DNA from: Eledone cirrhosa
Taxonomy: Eukaryota
Length of the DNA stretch: 64,000 nt
NCBI GenBank assembly: GCA_964016885.1
Contig: OZ024746.1
Location: 30,752,001 to 30,816,000, forward strand
Direction of reading: 5' to 3'
This document shows, piece after piece, positions 56,774-64,000 of the stretch. Position numbers and translations under genes: made by a program. A model generated the notes under the pieces. The model had not been told where the DNA came from. It did not search any database and saw only the letters and a list, made by a program, of their open reading frames with translations. Numbering within the stretch: position 1 is the stretch's first letter; every line of letters begins with the position of its first letter.

Positions 56774-57683
56774 TGTATGAACAAGACTGTAATAGAAGGA
56801 AGGGATATGTTGTGAGTTGTTTCAGTATAATAATTAATAGTAAGGGAGAGAGAAAGTAATATAATCAATTTAACCCTCTTGTTACCATATTTCTAATGAA
56901 AGACACTGTCTATGTCATTAACCCTTTCATGACCATATTTCTAAAGAAAGACAGTCTATGTCATAAACCATTTCATTACAACATTTCTAATGAAAGACAG
57001 TCTAGGTCATCAACCCTTTCATTAGCATATTTATAATGAAAGACACTACCTATGTCATTAACCATTTCATTACCATATTTCTAATGAAAACAATTCCCTA
57101 TGGTTTCCAAATAATTATTAAAATAATCAAGAATTTGGGGTGATTTAATAATACACTAATTTTCTCGAAAAATAAGGTAAATAAGGTTCTTACATAAAAT
57201 TAGAATTAAAGGTTTTTAGAATATAAACATTTTTGTATTGTAGAATCAGGTGTTGTTCCAAACGGTTTGGCGTGAAAAGGGTTAACAATGCAAAGCGAAG
57301 CCGCCACCTTCAGAAGCTAGGATGCTGTTCCTGGTTTTTAGATGTTAAGTGGTAAGAACCTCTCAGGAGAGTTGGACAGCAGGTCTTCAAAGAAGAAACA
57401 CCCCTCAAGCTAGTTTCGTCCCTTAACTTCTATAAGGGCCCTTTATCAAACCCCTCACATAAGACACTTGCTAGCAGGTGTCAAGCAACGGGAGTGAACT
57501 GTGAACGATTAGTGTTAAACGTGATCTTTAATAATCAGCCGTAGATGGAATGTAAACAATGAAATCGACATACTGGCAAAGTACAGCATGGCGGTTGTCG
57601 AATACACACATATACATATATACGAATGAGTGTATGTATATATATATGTGTGTGTGTGTGTGATTGCGTAAATATGTCTGTGT

Positions 57684-58070
57684 ATGTCCGAAAGAATACG
57701 ATCGCGAATACAAGTGGCCGAAATGGGATTTCTCCGTCGGGTCTTTGAAGTAACGTTACTCGATAATAAGTCACTCCAGGTAGAACCGCTACTTCTCCAA
57801 ATTGAAAGACAACAGCTCCGATACTATGGGAATGTGGTTAGAATATCTCAGGAAAGAATCGCTGGACAGATTTTACGGGCGAAACCAACAGGTAGGAGGC
57901 TGAGGGGTAGACCTCGAGCAAGATGCTTGGATAACATCCATGACTTGCCTGGTCACGCTTTGGGATCCAGCCAGAGCAGTTGGAGGCGGTTGCTTCTGAC
58001 AGGACCCGTTGGAAAGAGTGTTTGGGGACTCTGCCCCCACGACCCTACCAGGAATAAGTAAGCGAAGAAG
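57684..58070 (+). mobile_element. Decayed RTE-like LINE 3' fragment
   Basis: RIQVAEMGFLRR..IERQQLRYYG..GRRLRGRPRARCLD. Confidence 0.7.
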
Positions 58071-58299
58071 AAAAGTGTCCGAGTTCATGTTTGTATATGT
58101 TTATTTTCCGTAATCTAGCAGTTCGGCAAGAGAGATCGATGAAATAAGTACTATACTTGCGAAAAAAAAAACTGTAGTCGATATGATCGACCAAATGAAG
58201 GTGTCACAGAATGGTCGTAGTCATTAGACTAATACAAATAAAAGAAAAGATATAAATATATGTCTGCATGAACAGTTATTAATAAAAAGTATGTGATAT

Positions 58300-58682
58300 A
58301 TATATTTACCTGATCAACAAATAGAGGATTAATTATACGTGTGTGATATATAACGTTCACCTGATGAACAGTGAATATGTTTCGAATAGATTTCCCGCCA
58401 TCTGACAACCAAGCGTAATGTCTGATTGAGCATGCGTGAACGGAAACAGAAATGGTTTTGTTATTGTTTTCACTTTATTTTTGATTAGCGGAAGTCAACA
58501 AAAGTTATCTTTCCCTGATATTATTGTGTCGGTAATTGTTTATTGTCTCGTAGTGTGAAAATATTTCTGTTAGTCGAATGATTTAATATATTCTATTTAA
58601 ACTATCGAAGGTTGTTGTGTTGTTGGCAGGAAGTTTTTTGTAGATCAATATAATATTTATATATCGACTAAACTATTGAGTT
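58300..58682. promoter_or_regulatory. Putative bidirectional promoter of RFC4 (-) and GTF2F2 (+), with the probable non-coding first exon of RFC4
   Basis: The RFC4 ATG exon starts at a splice acceptor (56786), so an upstream UTR exon is needed. Minus-strand donors CAG|GTGAAC (58360) and CAG|GTAAAT (58309); E2F consensus TTTCCCGC at 58391-58398; ETS-type GCGGAAGT at 58488-58495; local CpG retention. Confidence 0.6.
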
Positions 58683-59448
58683 ATGAGTGAAATTGGACAT
58701 GAAAGTAAAGAAGTGGACTTGACAGCAGCTGGTCGTGGTGTTTGGCTGGTTAAAGTAAGTACTTCACATCTTAAACTATAACATATTTGTGTGTTTATAT
58801 ATATAGTGACAATAAGAAGTCTGATTTGCAGCTTGTTATAAAACTATTGCATATTATAATTGTTTCGATATCGATCAGCTCGGGTTTGATCAGGCGATTG
58901 GATCCCTACTCTTAATCGATACCTCTCCTGATATGCGAGTTTACACATACACATATATATATATATATATAAGTTTATGCAAACAGGATCTGCCTTCACC
59001 CTTACAGAATCTTCTAAGACTCTATATATATGTTAACTTTGTGTATTATATATATAAGGTCCTAGCAATAATTAATTGATGTGTATACTTCTATTTAATG
59101 TTATATATTTGTTATATAATAATAAATATTCTTTAACTATTAAAAAAATAGCTTTGGGTTTATTACATATCTTGCTATGGACTATAAAATCATATTGAGT
59201 TTTAATTTTTCATTATTGCTCTTTTTGTGTTGAGCTCTTAAATAATAACTTTGGCTAATATTTTGACCAAGGATTAAATTCCTATGTCCATTAAATGTAT
59301 CCCAGTATCAGAAAAGAACTTATAGAAAGACACCCCTACCGATTTCAGTAGAAAATATATTTTTCCTCGAGTTTTTTGTGTGCTATCAGTTAAATTTACC
59401 CCCTAATTTGGTGCAAAGGAGGGGGAGGAACCTTTCCACATTTCCCTT

Positions 59449-59482
<34 letters not shown>

Positions 59483-60390
59483 AAAGAAAATTTTCGCTCT
59501 ACATGGCTGTGTATTTTTGAAAATAGCATATATTTTCACTAGCTCTGACAGTTTGGCAGGTGAACAGTGAGGTGTACTGATGAAGGGTGATACCCAGAAA
59601 CATTAGTGTCTGCAGTTCTGTTCACATGCCAAGACAAGAGCAAGAAAGAAGGGTTCATTCTACTGACATGGCTATAAAATTGAGGCTTGTTTGCATAATT
59701 GCAAACGAATCGAATGTTATTATTAATATTCGAAAAACTCAGATTACATTTATTATATATATATAATGTTAAGGTATCAATACATATTTAATATGTATGA
59801 TGATTGGGTTTCTCAATATATAAGCTCAATGGACCTTGGTTCAGAGCATCAATTATTTAAAATTAAAAGATATACTGTATGTAGAAAGAAAGATTGATAT
59901 ATCGTTTGACAACTACATAGCATTTTGTACACATATATATAGAGAAAGCAAATATCTTTTAACTCTGTTAAAATCGTCGGATTGCCTTGCCTATTACTTT
60001 CTTAAAACTCTATAATATTCAAATTCATTTTAGGAAAATGTTTAATGCAAATGACACCATTTTTTAGCTATAAACTTAGATTCATTCTAGGAAACACAAC
60101 TGATACTATATTTTTCTGATGACGATGGTTGTTTAACTATTTGTAAACTGTATTCTTTTATCTTGATACTTTGATAAGTGATATATATATATATTATCTT
60201 TTCTCTTTTCCTGAGTGATTTGTATTGGTATTTTAATTAAACTCTAATGACACCTATAGTCTATGCTCACGAATGTCAAATTGTTAAATAAAATGATTTG
60301 CTATATGTGGTACTTTGTCGTGGGAAGAAACAATTGTCAGTAATTAAATGCCTTGAACTCTTAAATTTTTGGTTTGTAAGAAAATTGTAA

Positions 60391-60485
<95 letters not shown>

Positions 60486-61171
60486 TAAAATCCCGATCAT
60501 GGCGCCAAGCAGTTTCGGCTTTTGACACAAGCCGAAACCGCTTGGTGACGTGGTGCCTTAGTGTGTTGTTACAGTGTGGTACACATATATATATATATAT
60601 TTATTTATTTACTTTCCAGGTTCCTAAATATTTGTCGGAGAAATGGAGGAAGGCTCCCTGTAGTTGTGAAGTTGGGAAACTAAAGATTACCAGATCAAGG
60701 TAGAGTATTGTTATGGAAGTGGTTACAGTAAACATTAGTATGGTGCCTTAGTATGTTGTTACAGTGTGGTGCCATAGAATGTTGTTACAGTGTGGTACCA
60801 TAGTATGTTACAGTGTGGTACCATAGTATGTTACAGTGTGGTACTATAGTATGTTGGTTACAGTTTGGTGCCATAGAATGTTGTTAATGTGGTACTATAG
60901 TATGTTACAGTTTGGTGCCATAGTATGTTGTTACAGTGTGATACCTTAGTATGTTGTTACAGTGTGTTACCTTAGTATGTTGTTACAGTGTGATACCTTA
61001 GTATGTTGTTACAGTGTGATACCTTAGTATGATGTTATAATATGGTACCTTAGTATGGAGGTTGTTACAGTAGACCTTTGGTGTTGGGAGATTACCAAAA
61101 TCAGTAGAGTAATATTTAGTTCAAATCCAGCCATCAATAAAATAAAGTCCAGTAATAAATAGACAGTGATG

Positions 61172-61222
<51 letters not shown>

Positions 61223-63829
61223 ATGAAAGACGACAGCTGTATAAAAAAGTGCAGGGCGATCAAAATTGATGGTAGTTACGGAATAGGTAGACCCAGAAAA
61301 ACCTGGGACGATCTGATAAATTCCAACCTTACACACTTGCACCTCTCTAAGACAATGTCACTGGACCGAGATCTTTGGCACTACGCAGTAATACAAAAGA
61401 CCCGCCTTGCCTATGTACAAAGCGAAACCTACAGTCAGTAGGCACCTCTTAACCAAATATACACCCCAATCCACTACCCCTACCCTATCCTCCCACTCCC
61501 ACCAACACCACCCTCTCTCTATAAAGTTGGTACCACAACATCCAGTCCAAATAAATGAGATAAATGAGATTGAGATCGAGATCGTGTAGGTGTCACGAGA
61601 TGAAAACACACAGTCCACGCTGTAATGTGACCGTGTAGGTAACACAGTAAAAAGTTCCCAGTTCCACACTGTAAATGTGGTTGGTGTTAGGGAGGGCATC
61701 CAGCCGTAGAAAACCTGCCAGATAGTCTTATATGAGTGAGACACGGTCACCTGACCAACCTTGCCTCAAGTGGGACAACTCCCGTCTAACCCATGCTAGC
61801 GTCGAAAGTGGACGTTAAACGAGGATGATGATGAGGATGATATATATATATATATATATATATATACTTCTAGTATGCACCACTTCCACCCTACCTCCTT
61901 CCACTTATGTCCTAACACTCCGCCCCTCACACACATCCAAATACCCACCTCCCCAATCCCCACACACATCTCCCACCAAATGCCCACACTGTAATTTGGT
62001 CATGTAAGTGTCACAACAAAAGCACCCAGCCCACAGTGTAAATTGTTTGTGTAGGTGTCATGACAAAAACCATCCAGTACTCACTCTAAATGTGGTTGGC
62101 GTTAAGAAGGGCATCCAGCTATAGAGACCAAGCCCAAATCAGTTTTGCATGGACAACTTGTCTAACCTATGATGATCCTCTTGAGCTTGGGGGGGGGGGG
62201 GGATCACATAGACTCAAGTCATATGTTCACCTTCCTCTCTGGCATGGATTGGACAGGTTGTCAAAGTCTAAGACCATATGGGTCAGTGTGGCACATCTTA
62301 CTTATACATTCCATTTCTGGCATAGTTTCTATGGCTGGATGTCCTTCATAACACTTTACGGGATGTACTTTATCGTGCCACTGCTACTATCACTTTACAG
62401 AGTGGACTGGGTACATGTGTGGAAAGTGTGAAATAGAAACTAAAAGTTACAGATTGTCACATAAGCTCTGAAACACATCCAAAAGTTGTCTCCCTTGATA
62501 ATAATTATAGTCGTTATCTAATGTTTTTTTTTCACACACACAAACATACATAGTTATATACATCCATACACACATACATATAGAAAGCCAGAACCAACAG
62601 AATTGTTAAAGAATATATAAAGTATATTTTCTTTTATTTGGACAGAATCAGTGGTTCTAAACCTGAGGTAATCTTCACATTGGGTGAGGCTCTGGCTCGT
62701 CCTGAGGTAACACTGAGGGCAGATGACCCCGCAGCTCTTGGAGTCCCTAAGGAACACAAGTTTATGCTGACTGCAATTGGTAACCAAAACCTCGTTGTTG
62801 TATCACAGACACCAACTGCTGGTAAATATCATTGTTTTTGCTGTTGTTGTTTAACCCCAGATTAGTCCTTGTCCAGTACATATTTGATCAAAACTATCCC
62901 TGCCATAAACATTCCAACAGTTAACAGACTCGGAATCACTGGTTAAATATCGTTGTTATTATTTAACTCTAGGTCAGTCTTGATCCAGTATATATTTGTC
63001 TTACCCTTTTCATATAAAACTGTTTGTTTAAAATCTAAAAATCTTCAATCATAATTTTATGTCAAAACCTTTATGTTATGTTCTAAACACCAGCTTAATA
63101 ATGAGAAAGTTACTGTACTAAGTCCTTCTAAATTCTTGATAATTATCAAAATAATTATCAAAATAATTATCAAAATAATTTGAAAACCATAGACTGCGTC
63201 TTTCATTAGAAATATGGTAATGAAAGGGATAATGACATAGACAGTGTCTTTTATTAGAAATATGGTGATAAAGGGTTAATGACATAGGTAGTGTCTTTCA
63301 TTAGAAATATAGTAATGAAATGATTAGGGATCCTCTAGTTATCCAATCATTATTCAAACATTGTGTAACTAGGATCACACTATCCAATATGTTTTTCTTA
63401 CTATTTTATGACAGTTGGGATTTAACTCTTGTTGCTATATTCCCATTGAATTAGTGAAATATTTAGACAGATGTATTAAAATCATAAATTCTCTATTGAT
63501 TTGGTATTTCTAATATAAATCATTGAAATGTTCTTATATAAATTTATATTGAAAAGTTTGAATCTAAATACGAACCCTTTAAAATGGATTTTAATTAAAG
63601 AATTTAGGAGGCTATATAAAAAAGTTCTTATATAAATTTGTGTTGGAAAGTTTTAATTAAAATAGGAGGCTTTGTTTCACAAACCCAAAGGCAGTTTTGA
63701 GCAAGTTGGTATTGAAAGGGTTAAGTAAGATTTGGCTATTTTTTCTAACATGTTGATTGATCATATAGTAACCACATGAAACTTAATAACAATATTTTTA
63801 TTTTTCAGATGTTGAATTAGGTACCACTG
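58683..63829 (+). CDS. GTF2F2: General transcription factor IIF subunit 2 (RAP30), 3'-partial. Exons 58683-58754, 60620-60699, 62646-62821 and candidate microexon 63809-63829
   Basis: MSEIGHESKEVDLTAAGRGVWLVK|VPKYLSEKW..EVGKLKI..|..EVIFTL..VPKEHKFML..GNQNLVVVS matches the RAP30 N-terminal dimerisation domain (GVWLVKVPKYL); GT-AG borders are phase-consistent. Confidence 0.93.
59553..59632 (+). ncRNA. Type I hammerhead ribozyme-like motif (Penelope/retrozyme type) in GTF2F2 intron 1
   Basis: CTGATGA 59577-83; stem II GGGT-GAT-ACCC; GAAA 59597-600; stem III CA-TTAG-TG; GTC cleavage triplet 59608-10; stem I TGTA/TGCA extended by GTGAACAG/CTGTTCAC and TTGGCA/TGCCAA. Confidence 0.65.
60735..61070. 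repeat. ~24-27 bp minisatellite; one more unit at ~60552-60582 on the other side of GTF2F2 exon 2
   Basis: Unit tagtatgttgttacagtgtggtacca. Confidence 0.9.
61217..61845 (+). mobile_element. RTE 3' fragment in GTF2F2 intron 2; related tails at 1-190, 42180-42670, 24385-24555 and 50530-50705 (-)
   Basis: MRMKDDSCIKKC..GIGRPRKTW; shared ggttggtgttaggaagggcatccagc...ggacgttaaacga(tga)n tail. Confidence 0.8.
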
Positions 63830-64000
63830 GTAAGTAACATTGTCATTTCTCTTCTTCCTCACCATTCTGCCATACTTTCTAGGACTGTATCTTAGCTTTT
63901 TTATCCCTAGCTAACCTATTATTCCACCACCGTGTCATCTGGGGTCGATATCATCAACTAAAAACCCTTTTAAGGTCATGTTACATACTAGTGAGGCAAG

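Overview
Eukaryotic, AT- and microsatellite-rich genomic DNA. The repeat landscape resembles an octopus/cephalopod genome (inference). Three spliced housekeeping genes were reconstructed by hand with GT-AG phase-consistent exons: (1) leukotriene A4 hydrolase / M1 aminopeptidase (LTA4H), + strand, last 14 coding exons at 11946-27055 (514 aa; the N-terminal ~97 aa were not found in the window); (2) a complete RFC4, - strand, 9 coding exons at 48812-56773 (357 aa); (3) the 5' part of GTF2F2 (TFIIF beta/RAP30), + strand from 58683, head-to-head with RFC4 and including a 21-nt candidate microexon. The LTA4H-RFC4 intergenic space is full of transposons. It includes an ORF-intact RTE LINE (APE + RT + three C2H2 fingers) flanked by a perfect 92-bp direct repeat, plus RTE and CR1 fragments. 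Tx1 and CRE-like remnants, tRNA-derived SINEs, piggyBac-type TTAA MITEs and large minisatellites are spread across the window. Most notable unexplained signals: a near-complete type I hammerhead ribozyme in sense orientation in GTF2F2 intron 1 (with several hammerhead-like remnants elsewhere), a ~230-nt G-U-biased hairpin downstream of the LTA4H stop, and duplicated decoy splice sites with in-frame stops in RFC4.
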